Shown here piece by piece: positions 13,261 to 24,796 of a stretch of 64,000 bases of DNA. The notes beneath the pieces were generated by a model, which was not told the origin of the DNA, did no database searches, and worked only from the letters and a program-made list of their open reading frames with translations. The position numbers and the translations under genes are program-made. The DNA lies in contig NW_026780455.1 in assembly GCF_030144855.1 (NCBI RefSeq), positions 372,001 to 436,000 on the forward strand. The letters run 5' to 3'. This stretch comes from Hypanus sabinus. Its lineage: Eukaryota. Every line of letters starts with the position of its first letter. Position 1 is the first letter of the stretch.

Positions 13261-14899
13261 TACATTGTCTTGTAGTCCATAATGGCTAACTGATGTTTTC
13301 TGCTTGTAAAATGAGCATATCCTTCAATTTTCCTCATACAAAATAGTCGGTCTTGGCTAATTTTATAGTCCACTTATCCTTGTGCCTCTACCACCACTCC
13401 AGGAACTGCATCGCATGTACCCATCACTCCCTGAGTAAATGTCATGCTTGTACAGGTGTAAACTTTTATGTGTCATCTGTAAGATTATTACTTAGCCTAT
13501 TTGCCGACATCCGAGTCAGTTACATATATCACTGTTCCAGGGAAGGACTCACTGTCGGACATTAACTATGGACTGTTCTGTATGCGTTGTGATTAAATTG
13601 CGATTCCCGGGTTACAACATAAAATCTCTGCCTCACAATCCTCCACTTGCTGGCGGAATACAAATCTACGTTTTTATTCTTGCAGGTTAGTGAATCGAGC
13701 AGTAGAGTTACTGAATTACCTGTCCACGAACAGGTGTTTCGACCAAGCTGAACATTCTTACAGTACCTTAGCATAAAACGTCTTCTGTTCTCTCCATTTC
13801 CTCTATATTTAAAAACAAAATTGCTATTCCATTATTTCTGTATCATTCGAGCACCGACCGCCGTATTAGTATGACAAAATTGGCATTTCCCCGGTCATAT
13901 TTCCAAATAGACTTTTACCAGTTTCCCTCAACATCTACAACTCAATCAAGTTTGTGTCGTCTGCAAGAGTATCTATGAATCACTCCCATTTTCGTCCAAG
14001 CCAAACGCAAGGACATTTCCAACAATTCTCTCATGCAGAATGGATGTCCTCCATCACTGCCCTCTGTACTTTAGTTGAAGCCATGTTATTGTTACTAACC
14101 AGTGGGCAGATTCTGCCTGTCGCAGGAGTTGCTGTCATTGAGGCTCTGCTGGGCATGATGTAATGGTCTTATGATGTTCGAGTGACGTAATTTTCCCGCA
14201 ACTGAGAGGTCGTGGAACAGTTTTTTTTTCTCAACAGGGTATAAAAGGGGAAACCCTCCCTGCGATGCGCGGCAGTTCGTGGTTGAATTTGCCAGTGAGT
14301 CCTTTCCATTGAGAATTCGATGTTATGACGCAGATTTGTTTTAAAGTGGAATTTTACTTTCTGACTTAAGTCAAAGGTTGAGCCGGCAGTTATGAAAATT
14401 GCTGCCAGTTAAACTTCAGTCGTAGAGTAAAGAATTATCGAAGTTCGAAGAACCCGAAAGATTGAGGGAAGTTGATTTTGACGGTGAAATAGTTTCGACA
14501 TTGTTTGACCCTCGTTCGGAAAAAAATAGTCAACTGTACCCATATTAGTCTCTGTTGTAAGAGCAGAAATAACTGGGTGCAGGGTTTCGCCAAGGAAAGT
14601 TCAGTGCCTTTAAGCCATCTTATTTTCTTCATCGTAAATCTCCTGGGCAAGGCTCAGTTTGGCTGGGATCGGCAGTAACGCAACAAAGGAATTTATACCT
14701 CAAGAAAGTCTGTCCGAAGCGACCAGGTTAAACGTTTGGAATTTCGGATTACTTCTTCTAAGAACATATTTATACACAATCGCTTTAAGAACTGTTTTCG
14801 CATTATCGCTTTAAGAAGTTCAAGCTGCCGCAGAGCAGACGACCTCCGGTTAAGTTAGTCGTTTGTTTATTTGTTTTATACATGTTTTATATGTTAGAG

Positions 14900-15015
14900 T
14901 GTTGCGTACCCCGTAAATGGGTGTCCAACCAGCAGAGAAACAAGTATCTGTTGGAGTCTGGTGGTACTATTTTCAAAAGAGTTTATTAGTAAAATATACA
15001 AATCAGTATCAATAA

Positions 15016-15053
<38 letters not shown>

Positions 15054-16074
15054 TAATACACGTTAGTCATCATAAACCTAAAAATGTGTGTATAATAATA
15101 ATCAATAATAAACGAGATCAATCGATGTCTAGGGGATATTGAATTGTCATTTATAAGAATAAAGTTCAGTTCAGTTCATACGTGCTGAAGTAGATGTTGG
15201 TNNNNNNNNNNNNNNNNNNNNNNNNNNNNNNNNNNNNNNNNNNNNNNNNNNNNNNNNNNNNNNNNNNNNNNNNNNNNNNNNNNNNNNNNNNNNNNNNNNN
15301 NNNNNNNNNNNNNNNNNNNNNNNNNNNNNNNNNNNNNNNNNNNNNNNNNNNNNNNNNNNNNNNNNNNNNNNNNNNNNNNNNNNNNNNNNNNNNNNNNNNN
15401 NNNNNNNNNNNNNNNNNNNNNNNNNNAAACCTTCCTTTACGTTCTTGATCCGTCGTTTCGTTGTGGCCATTCAGTTAGGACCCCTCTGACCTTCAGCTAG
15501 ACCGTTCCTCTGTGGTGGACTCGTCACCCAGGCAAGGGCGGACACACATACAAGCTCCCACCAGCCCTGCCATAACACTGTGAGTTCAAAGGACCGATCT
15601 CGTTGTTTGGGCTCCTATGCCGCACACCTTCCCCTGGGTTCCAACACTCAATCAGTGATAAATAGTGTGTCACTTGGTGTGTCTGAGGGGTGTCTTTCAG
15701 AATTCAATTTTATCCCTACTTAGGGTATCAGGTTTCAATTAATTTTTAATTGCTGTGTCCATCAAACCAGCCCACTCCGGCTGTCCACAGAGGAATTTTA
15801 ATGAACAGAATAGTACAAGATAAACAACCCTCTCAGAAGCCATAAGTCTTTCAGAAGTCATAATATGGTGAATCAATATGTCTCTCTCCCCCTGCTTTAT
15901 CTCTCTCTTTTCTGTAGCAGATGTTCCAATTCCAGTATGTTTCCCCTTACATCTCTTTCTCTCCCATTAGCAGAATAGCAACAGTAACGGTTTGTGATTC
16001 TCCCGGGAGTGGGGGGTGACACATGGGCAACTCTGCACCCTTCTGCCCATCAGAGCTGTTCATCCTTCGTAACA
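14900..16074 (-). mobile_element. Solo LTR family B nested in LTR A (spans an assembly gap)
   Basis: Reverse complement of the LTR at 31937-32889. Termini TGTTGCGTACCCC...CTTCGTAACA; flanks agag/agaa. Confidence 0.8.
15202..15426. other. Assembly gap (N run)
   Basis: Run of N. Confidence 1.
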
Positions 16075-16753
16075 AGAAAAAATAAAACAGTCTCAATTAT
16101 GTATTCATTGTTGCTGAAACGTAACACTATCCAATCAAACTCGCTCTCATGGCTCAGCCTGCCGGAAATGATCCTTCTTAAAAGTCTTACTTCCAGTTGA
16201 AGTCCAAAGTCTGGGCCTTGAATGGCGCAATGCTTCACGGTCCAAGCGACCCGACGAATGGGACAATTTTCAATGACCAATTAACCTATAAACACATAGA
16301 TGTTTGGAATGTGGGAGGAGTCAAGAGTACGCCGAAGACACCCAGGCAGCGAGGCTTTACAGACAGCGGCGGGAAATGAGTAGAATCGGAGAAGGAGAAA
16401 CGCCAAACTACGAGGGAATCATAAAGGAATAGACATCATGTGGCCTTTCCTCTGCAATTACCTTCCCCACATATAGAATGTACTCCATCCAATTGGACAG
16501 GTAGGACCACCACTACACAAAGTGTCCCAGAATTTATTTAATTTCACAGAGGCATGGCGTTGGGGACAGCTGCTGGAGACCGGACGGTTGCTGAGCCGTT
16601 TTCCGAGTGCGAGTTAGTAAATTATTCTCGAGGTGGCAGACAGATCTCCAAAGAAATCCGTTGCAAGCGGAGACTTGCAGTCTGTCCACGGTAACCAGTA
16701 CTCCATAACGGTTCAATTGGAACCAATCGCCCTATCCAGAGGAAAGAGATGGA

Positions 16754-16966
16754 ACTACGTTTTAACGTTTAAAGAAAGATTACATAAAGCTTGTAGCTCA
16801 GCCAGGAAAACTTTCAAATTGGTTCAGGAGAAAATGAAAACCTGGTAAGATAAAGACGCTTGGACGTTCAAGCCTGGAGATAAGGTGCTGGTTCTTTTCC
16901 CTGTGCAGACGAATCCTTTACAAGCTATATTTCATGGTACTGATGAAATTACGTCTAAAATCAATG
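16754..16966 (+). mobile_element. Isolated Gypsy (Gmr1-like) integrase C-terminal fragment
   Basis: Translates NYVLTFKERLHKACSSARKTFKLVQEKMKTW*DKDAWTFKPGDKVLVLFPVQTNPLQAIFHG; absent from the paralogous 3' flanks of GPCR copies 2 and 3. Confidence 0.7.
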
Positions 16967-17218
16967 GGCACAACGTTCGTATTGTGAAGGTGATGTCAAG
17001 GCCTCGGATGCAAATAAAAGTAGAATCACAGACTTGTTGGAACTGAGGGACATGGAAACCGTGAAGAAAGTAAACTGGAAGGAGCAGAGTGGATGCAGAC
17101 TCGGGATATTCCCAGATCATGTTGTTGCATGAAGGGGTGGGGGAAGAGCGCTATTCAGGGACGTCCATTATCCCAACGGCAAAAAACAAGCACATTTTGC
17201 GGCGATATGGGAGAAGCA

Positions 17219-18095
17219 TCACTGAGGGTTAATACTCGGCTGAAAACGCCGAGTGAACATTGTCAGGAGGCGGAAGGGAGATTTCACCGTCTCCATCAGC
17301 TGCACCCTGAACCTGGCCTGGACCACGGCGTAAAGGGCCGTGTTGGTGCAGCAGCTCAGCAGTTGCAGCATGCAGCCCAGCTCCCGCAGGGTAGACGGGG
17401 AATCCACCAAAAAGTAAACACCGAGGCTCTCCCATACGGATAGCACCGTCAGCAGCGCCCACAGCAGGATGAAATTCCCCGACATCACCAGCAGTAACAG
17501 GAGGGATTGCCTTCGGCTCTTCATCTCCGGGTCGGCGGGCGTCTCGCCATCGCGCGAACCATGGAGTCTCCTCCGGGCCCGGCTGACCACTGAGAGGTGC
17601 CTGATAGTTAAACTGTTTAACAGGAGAATCAGGAGAAAGGGGAATATTGGGGTGAGGAGTGAATGAATCAGCAGAGGAGGGATGTACTGAATACCGCATA
17701 TGACCCTTCGAGCGAGAAGTACCAAAGGATGTTCTTTACGCAGCTCAGCACAGTCACTGTCCCCAGAACCAGAGCCGCCCCTCTCTCGGTGCAGTATTTT
17801 CGTTTAAGCTTCTGAAAACAAATGGCGACAAATCGATCGAAGGTGAAAGTGACAGTGAACCAGACGGAACAGTCCGTGGCGGCGTAGAACACGACGGCGT
17901 GGATATTACACACGGGAACACATTCCGACCAGAAGAAAACCTCTCCTGGAATGTAAGTCTTCGGAATCTTGCTCAATACGAGATCGAAGAGAACGACCAT
18001 CTGATCTGCTGCGACCATGGCAACCAGGTACCTTGTGACGCCTTTTGAGAGAAAGCATTTACCCCGGGACAGGATGACGATTGTCATCACGTTCA
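17219..18095 (-). pseudogene. GPR139/GPR142-like class A GPCR, copy 1, exon 2; frameshifted pseudogene
   Basis: ORFs 17668-18144 (TM1-4, DRF motif) and 17219-17725 (TM5-7, NTALY) are in different frames. Alignment to copy 3 shows a 46-bp deletion in ECL2 at 17671/17672. Acceptor cgcacag at 18096-18102. No exon 1 found by eye. Confidence 0.9.
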
Positions 18096-18845
18096 CTGTG
18101 CGGAGAGAAATAAAGACTATTAACACACATTTTGTTGGAAACATTCTCTGTAAACTATTATTTTAAGCGACCACAGTTCCGAGAGCACAGATGATTATGG
18201 AATTAATGTATTTGCTAAGGAGATTATCGGGAGCCATTACTAAATCCGTGGTGATTATAATATACCTGCTGAAGTTCAGGAGAAGTGCCTGGAGAGGTAG
18301 CTTCTGTAGTTGGTGTGTCCGCACCTGAAGACGAGATTTCACAATAGGGCCGCATCACTTTGGAACGGAGATGAGGAGTAACTTCCTTACACAAGGGCTT
18401 GTGAATGTGTGGAATTTTTCGCCACGGACGGCTACGGAGGCCGGTTCATTGGAACCTTTTGCAGCGGAGAGTGACAGGCACTTGATTTGTCGGGGTGTCG
18501 ATGGATTCGGGGAGTGGGCGTCAGAATGTGGTTGAGAGGGATGATAAATCAGCTATGATGTAGAAAGCTCGGTTCTCGAAAGGCTGAAATTAGCTGTCGT
18601 GCCCTGTGGGCTAATCAGGGATATTAGTGGACGGCGGGAAAGATTTCTGATATTTGCCGTCAGAAGAAGTTGAGACCAGGAAGTGTTAAGCGAATAATAT
18701 ACTGGTTAATATGCCATTTCTCACGCTGATAGAAACTCAAGTAACCTCAGCTGTTAACACGAGAGAAAATGAGAACATAAGCACATTAGCAATAGGAGGA
18801 ATTGTCCATTTGTTCGGACTGGCATGATCTGACAAGGAAAGTTAT

Positions 18846-19960
18846 CTAGAAACATAGAAACATAGAAACTCCGTCAATGTGTCTGGAGCCTTACCCTTCA
18901 ACCTGTGTCCGGAGCCTTGTCCTGCAACCTGTGTCCGGAGCCTTGCCCTGCAAGCTGTTTCTGGATTCTTGGCCTGCAACATGTGTCCAGAACCTTGCCT
19001 CGCTTTGCCTCTGCCTGGAGCTTTGCCACCATGTAGCAATATAACAATTACAGCAAGGAAACAGGCCATCTTGGCACTTCTAGTCGGTACTGAACGATTA
19101 CTCTCACCTAGTCCCACTGACCCGCACTCAGCCCATAAACTTCCATTCCTTTCCTGTCCATATACCTGTCCAATTTTACTTTAAATGACAGTACCGAACC
19201 CGCCTCTTCCACTTCTACTGGAAGCTCATTCCCCACGGCTACCACTCTCTGAGTAAAGAAATTTGTGTTACCCTTACATATTTGCCCTCTAATTCTCATA
19301 TCCTGTCCTCTTTTTAATCTCCCCTACACTCTATTGAAAATGCCTATCCATGTCAACTCGTTCTATCCCCCTCATATTTTTTTAAAACATCTATCAATTC
19401 CCCCCTGAACCTTCAACGCTCCAAAGAATAAAGACCTAACTTGTTCAACCTTTCCCTGTAACTTAGCTGTTATTCCGTTAAATCTCCCCTGTACTCTCTC
19501 TATTATGTTGACATCTTTTCTGTAATTCGGTGACCAGAACTGTACACAATACTCCAAATTCGGCCTTACCAATGCCTTGAACAATTTGAACATTACATCC
19601 CAACTCCTATACTGAATGCTCTGCTTTATAATGGCCTGCAAACCAAAAGCTTTCTCCACCACCCAATCCACATGAGATTCCTCCTTCCGGGAACTATGCA
19701 CCATTATTCCTATATCACTCTGGTCTACTGCATTTATCAATGTCCTACCATTTACAATGTATGTCCCATTTGGATTATTCCTACCAAAATGTAGCTCCTC
19801 ACACTTATCAGAATTAAACTCCATCTGCTACTGTTCAGCCCACTCTTCTAACTGGCCTAAATCTCTCTACATGCTTTGAAAACATACTTCATGATCCACA
19901 ACGCCACCTTCCTTAATATCAACTGCATGCTTCCTAATCCAATATACTTACTAATCCAAG
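18846..19960 (-). mobile_element. CR1 LINE 3' pieces in GPCR copy 1 intron, interleaved with a ~25-bp degenerate tandem array (18880-19025)
   Basis: (AGAAACAT)n tail at 18846; ORF 19372-19824 (KALVRPNLEYCVQFWSP); repeated cctgtgtccggagccttg units. Confidence 0.8.
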
Positions 19961-20882
19961 CCTTGCCTCTGTTTGAAGCTTTGCCTCGCCTTGCCTCTGC
20001 CTGGAGCCTCGCCTTGTTTGGAACTGTCTATCTGTGTCCAAGCCTTCGCTAGATAGGTCCGGCCGTTTTGCCGCTACATTGCGTTGGTAAATCTCTCGTA
20101 ATGTTCAGTGTTATGTGTATTTCGTCCCGGCCCTACGTCCTGCACTCAAGAGGGTACCCGGCTCAGTGTTTCCTGTCCCTGTCTCTCTCTCGACCCAGGG
20201 CTCTGCGTGCCTGTTCACCGTCGACCATGCCCCTGTGTTCTGGGGTCCTTTTCTCCCTCGAACCAGTATCTGTGTTCTGCCTGCCTCGATCCACGCTCAG
20301 TGTTCTGCGTTGCTGTCTCTCCCTTGACCAAGGCTTTGCGTTCCTGCCTCTTCCTCGAGCAAGTCAAGGCTTCGAGTTATCGTCCTGTCCTAGTCACTTC
20401 GAAGGTCCTTGTCCTGTCAGAGCCACGGCTTTGTGTTCTCGTCTTGTCATATGCGTCGCCGAGCTCAACTGTACCTTGCCCAGCCCGGTGCTTTGGTTCA
20501 CTCGTCCTGTGCTGGCGTTTCCTTCTCCTGTCCACGAGTCTCACATCCAGTCCTGTTGCCTCTCGTCGTCCTGTAACCTCGTCATATCCTCGAATAGTTC
20601 TGGTGTCCGAGCCCGAGTCAAGACTCAGGTTCTGTGTTCTTCTCCAGTCTTTGGCTCGGTGTGTAACTCCGGCCTCCCAGTCCCCTGTTCCATGTCCTGG
20701 TTCCCTAACCTGGTCAGGTCCTCTCCCAGGCCCGGAGAACTTGTCTCTTCCTGGGCCGGTGGTATGTCCAGCGACCTTTCTTCCTCACTTTGCCTGCTTC
20801 CTTCTCACGCCATGTCCAGTTCCTGGTAGTCCAGTGTCTGTGTCTTGCTTTTGTGTCCACTCCCAATATCACAGTTGTGACA
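19960..20882. repeat. Pyrimidine-rich LTR-like or unclassified repeat ending TGTGACA
   Basis: Low-complexity tccagtc/ccttgcc-rich tract with a terminal TGTGACA; same unit type as 18880-19025. Class not established. Confidence 0.4.
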
Positions 20883-23495
20883 CTATCCACAGGTCTCATA
20901 AAAGACCCTGCCGTGTCCACCTCGACCAGCGTTGCCGGCAGCATATTCAGCGCACTCACTTCTCTCTGCATAAAAAAAGAAACAATCCCCATGACATCTC
21001 CTCTGTTCCCACTTCCCAGCATCTTAAACCTGCGACCTTTTCAGGCAACCATTTCAGCACTTGCAAAACCCCACTGACTATTTACACGATCAACATCTCT
21101 CATCATTTGTTACACCGCTATCAGGTCACCTCTCATCCTTCGTCGCTCCAAGGAGAAAAGGCCGAGTTTCCTGAACCTGTTTTCGTAAGGCATGGTCCCC
21201 AATCCCGGCAACATTCTTGTACATCTCCTCTGCACCGTTTCTATGGATTCCACGTCCATCCTGTATCGAGGCGATCAGAACTGCGCACAGTACTCCAAGT
21301 CGAGTCAACCCGTGGTCCTATATAGCTGCAACATTACCTCTCGTCTGCTAATTTCAATACAAATATTAATGGCGGCCAAAGCACCGTATGCCTTCTAAAC
21401 CACAAAATCAACATGCGCAGCTGTCTTTCCATTAATACTATATTCTGCCATCATATATGATCTGACAAAATGAGACAATTTGGACTGATCTGTGTTCCAC
21501 ACAGAAGGTTTCTTAGGAAGGTTCAATCGTTAGGTATTAATATTACAGTAGTAAAATTGATTTAACTGTGTCTTGATGGGAGATGCCAGGGAGTAGTGGT
21601 GGATAACTGTTTGTCAGGTTGGAAGCCGGTGACTAACGGTGTGACTCAAGGATCTCTGCTGTGTCCAATGTTGGTTGTCATATACATTGATGGTCTCGAT
21701 GATGGGGTGATTTAAGTGGTCGAGGCAGGTTCGGTATTGCCATTTAAAGTAAATTTGGATAGTTATATAAACATTCATAGAAATGGAATGATGGGTTAAG
21801 GTCTGAGTGTGGGTCAGTGGGACTATGTGAGAGTAAGCGTTCGGCACGGAATACAGGGAGCGAGATGGCCTGTTTCCGTGTTCTAATTGTTATGTTGTTA
21901 TATGGGTTGAATACTATCTGCCACTTCTCTGCCTGGTTTTGCATCTCATCAGTGCCTCACTGTGAACTCTGACAGCCCTCCACACTATCTACAACGCCTT
22001 CAAACTTTGTGTCACCAGCAAATTTACTAACCCATCCCTGCACTGCCTCATCCAGGTCAATTATAAAAAAATCACGAAGAATAAGAATAGCACTACAGAC
22101 ACTGAGATACACTACTGGTCACCGACCTCCATGCAGAATATGACCCGTCTGCAACCACTCTTTGCCTTCAGTGGGAAGCCAGTTCTGGAGCCAGAAAGCA
22201 ATGCCCCCTTGAATCCCATGCCTCCTTTCTTGCTCAATAAGCCTTGCATGGGGTACCTTTTCAAATGCCTTACTGAAATCCATATGCTCTACACCTCTCA
22301 CTCTTCATTCAACAATGTGTTTCGTCACATCCTCAATTAATTTAATCAGGGTCGTAAGGCACGACCTGTCCTTGACAAAGCCATGATGACTGTTCCTAAT
22401 CATATTATTCTTCGCTAAATTTTCATAAATTTTGCCTGTCTGGATCTTCTCCATCAACTTACCAGGCACTAACCAGGCCTTCCTGCCTTTTCCACATAGC
22501 CCTTAATTCTTCTGCTATGCAAACAACAGTGCCAGCCAATCTGAAATATCCTTACTGAGATAGCCGCCATTGTTTCTTTCAGCGAATTCCACAGATTCAT
22601 CACCCTCAGAGAGAAGAAGTTCCTCCTCATCTCGATCCTAAATCCTCATGCTAGTCCCTGTTGTTTTAGTCTCAGCTACCGATGGAAACAACTTTGCTGC
22701 CACAGTCCTATCTATCCATTCAATAGTTTTAACTGTTTGCGGAAATTTCCTCTCATCCTTCTGAGTTCCAGCAAGTACGATCCGACGCGACTCATTTGCC
22801 CCTCATAGTCGAACCACCTCATCTCTGGAATCAGCTGGTGAACCGCCTACACAGACAGTTTATCAATCCTCAAGTTGGGAGACCAGAACTGCACAGCACT
22901 CCGGATGCCCTCTCACCAGTAACTCGTGCTGTTCCAGCATGATATCCCTGCTCTTAAATTCAATTCCTCTGGCAAAAAAGGCGAACATCCCGTTTACCTT
23001 CTTGATAGCCTGCTACACAGGCAAAACAACCTTTTGCGATTCAAGCACAATCACTCCAAAGTCCCTCCGCACATTGCATACAGCAATCGTTTACTACTTA
23101 AATAATATTCTGTTCTCCTCTTTGCCCTTCCCAAGTGGATGAATTCGTAATTACCAACTTTGAACTCCATCTGCCAGACGTTGGTACATTCGCTGAAGAT
23201 ATTAACATCCCTCTGCATGCTGATAGTTTCCTCTGCACTCTTTGTCTAATGGCAGTGATGAGTCCACGTGAACTCATGTTTTTAACTGGCGAGACGCTGA
23301 ACCTACTTACATATTTATTTAATTCTGTTGATACTATCTTCTGCCATAATACTTGACCTGCCAAACTGAACGACATCGCACTTGTCTGTTTTGAACATCA
23401 TCTCGCTCTTCACAGCGCAGTTTTGCATCCTATCAATGTCCCTCTTTAGCCTCCGAGAGCTTTCCACACTATCCACAGCACCTGTTGTTTTTTTT
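20883..23495 (-). mobile_element. Stack of CR1 fragments (mostly minus; plus-strand piece ~21440-21905). Includes the intronic relic (~22950-23450) shared by all three GPCR units
   Basis: HMDFSKAFEKVPH ORF 22119-22301; aaggcgaacatccc...aataatattctgttc block also at ~41985-42150 and 63325-63500. Confidence 0.8.
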
Positions 23496-23695
23496 NNNNN
23501 NNNNNNNNNNNNNNNNNNNNNNNNNNNNNNNNNNNNNNNNNNNNNNNNNNNNNNNNNNNNNNNNNNNNNNNNNNNNNNNNNNNNNNNNNNNNNNNNNNNN
23601 NNNNNNNNNNNNNNNNNNNNNNNNNNNNNNNNNNNNNNNNNNNNNNNNNNNNNNNNNNNNNNNNNNNNNNNNNNNNNNNNNNNNNNNNNNNNNNN
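23496..23695. other. Assembly gap (N run)
   Basis: Run of N. Confidence 1.
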
Positions 23696-24796
23696 CGAGA
23701 CACTGCACTGCCGGTTCAGGGAGTTAAGAGCGAAGTTGAAAGGGAGGATCTCCAGGATTTGCTGCACGTGCTATGTGCATGTGCTGTCACAAATAGGAAC
23801 AATTTCCAGATTAATAGGTTGCTAAAGAGTTGTTTTTATATCCTAGTCGTCTGGATACGGATGCTAACATTGCATTTGGTTTCCTCTGCTGTCTGCAAAT
23901 TTTCCTGTTTGGAATCCTCCCAAAAGGTTCTGTATCTCTGCGTTTTTTCAATGCTCCCCATGGTTAAAGTATTCCAGGCCTGTACAGAGAGTATACATTT
24001 TATTAGATGGTGAACGTGTTGTCTTGATAGACCAACCTCTGAAAATGGATTGGCACATGCATTTGTCTCTGTCATCACTGACTCAATCTGCAGATTTTCC
24101 AGTAGCTCTGCAAATCTAATTTTTCAATTCAATCGTTATTCCCATTTTCGAAATAGTCCACGCCTTTATTCCCTCTGCCAAAGTGTGAGACCAGATAGTT
24201 CCCGACATTATATTCCTCTGTAAATTCTTTGCCTCTTATCCAATATGTCTTATTCCTTCTTCAAGCAACGTGCTTCATCATCTCTACTTGCCCTTCCATC
24301 AACCTTCTCATGATCCGTAAACCCTGCCACAAAGCATTCAAATCATTCATCCAAATTATCGACGCACAACGCGATAAGAAGCGTTCCCAACACCGATTGC
24401 TGTGGAACTCCACTGATCATCATATCCAGTCAGAAAAGGATCTACTCAGTAATGTTTAAGGACGTCTCCAAAAGGCCACAGTACTAAACACCACCAGGGT
24501 ACTCTGAAAGTTCCGAGAAAATAAGAAGTTAGCGTGCTTGGCGATGTCGGGACATGAGCTTTCACCAGCTGCGGAAAAACAGAAATGACACAACAGCTTA
24601 CTATCAATACAACAGTCAGGTTGCAACAAATTATAAGACTGCCAAGCAGTCTTGGGATAATCCATAATAACAGTCCGGATATAATAACAGAGGATAGACA
24701 AAGAACAACCACTTATGTGTGCGCTTGAAACACATTTCAAGCGCACACAACATACACAAATCAATGCTTTAATAACACAACAATATGCTGAATTAA

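Larger units (their letters stand above)
14090..16126 (+). mobile_element. Solo LTR family A, interrupted by a family B solo LTR
   Basis: Starts TGTTACT at 14090 and ends ACGTAACA at 16126. 4-bp TSD ttat/ctat. The empty site is seen in the paralogous block near 38985 (gaagccatgcgatccaat). Homologous to 7361-8210. Confidence 0.8.

Noticed and set aside
17093-17699. Overlapping ORFs recurring at all GPCR copies (MKFPDITSSNRRD..., HPEPGLDHGVKGRVG..., alternative-frame 146-156 aa)
   Set aside because: Shadow frames of a GC-rich conserved CDS; their recurrence follows from paralogy.
18091-18102. CACAGTG heptamer at the exon 2 acceptor of all three GPCRs (also ~40657 and ~63289)
   Set aside because: It is the cacag|TG splice acceptor; no nonamer at 12 or 23 bp in either direction, so not an RSS.
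20068-21325. Long ORFs of 253 and 405 aa
   Set aside because: Ser/Pro/Cys/Leu/Val low-complexity readings of a pyrimidine-rich repeat running into antisense LINE sequence; no recognisable domain.
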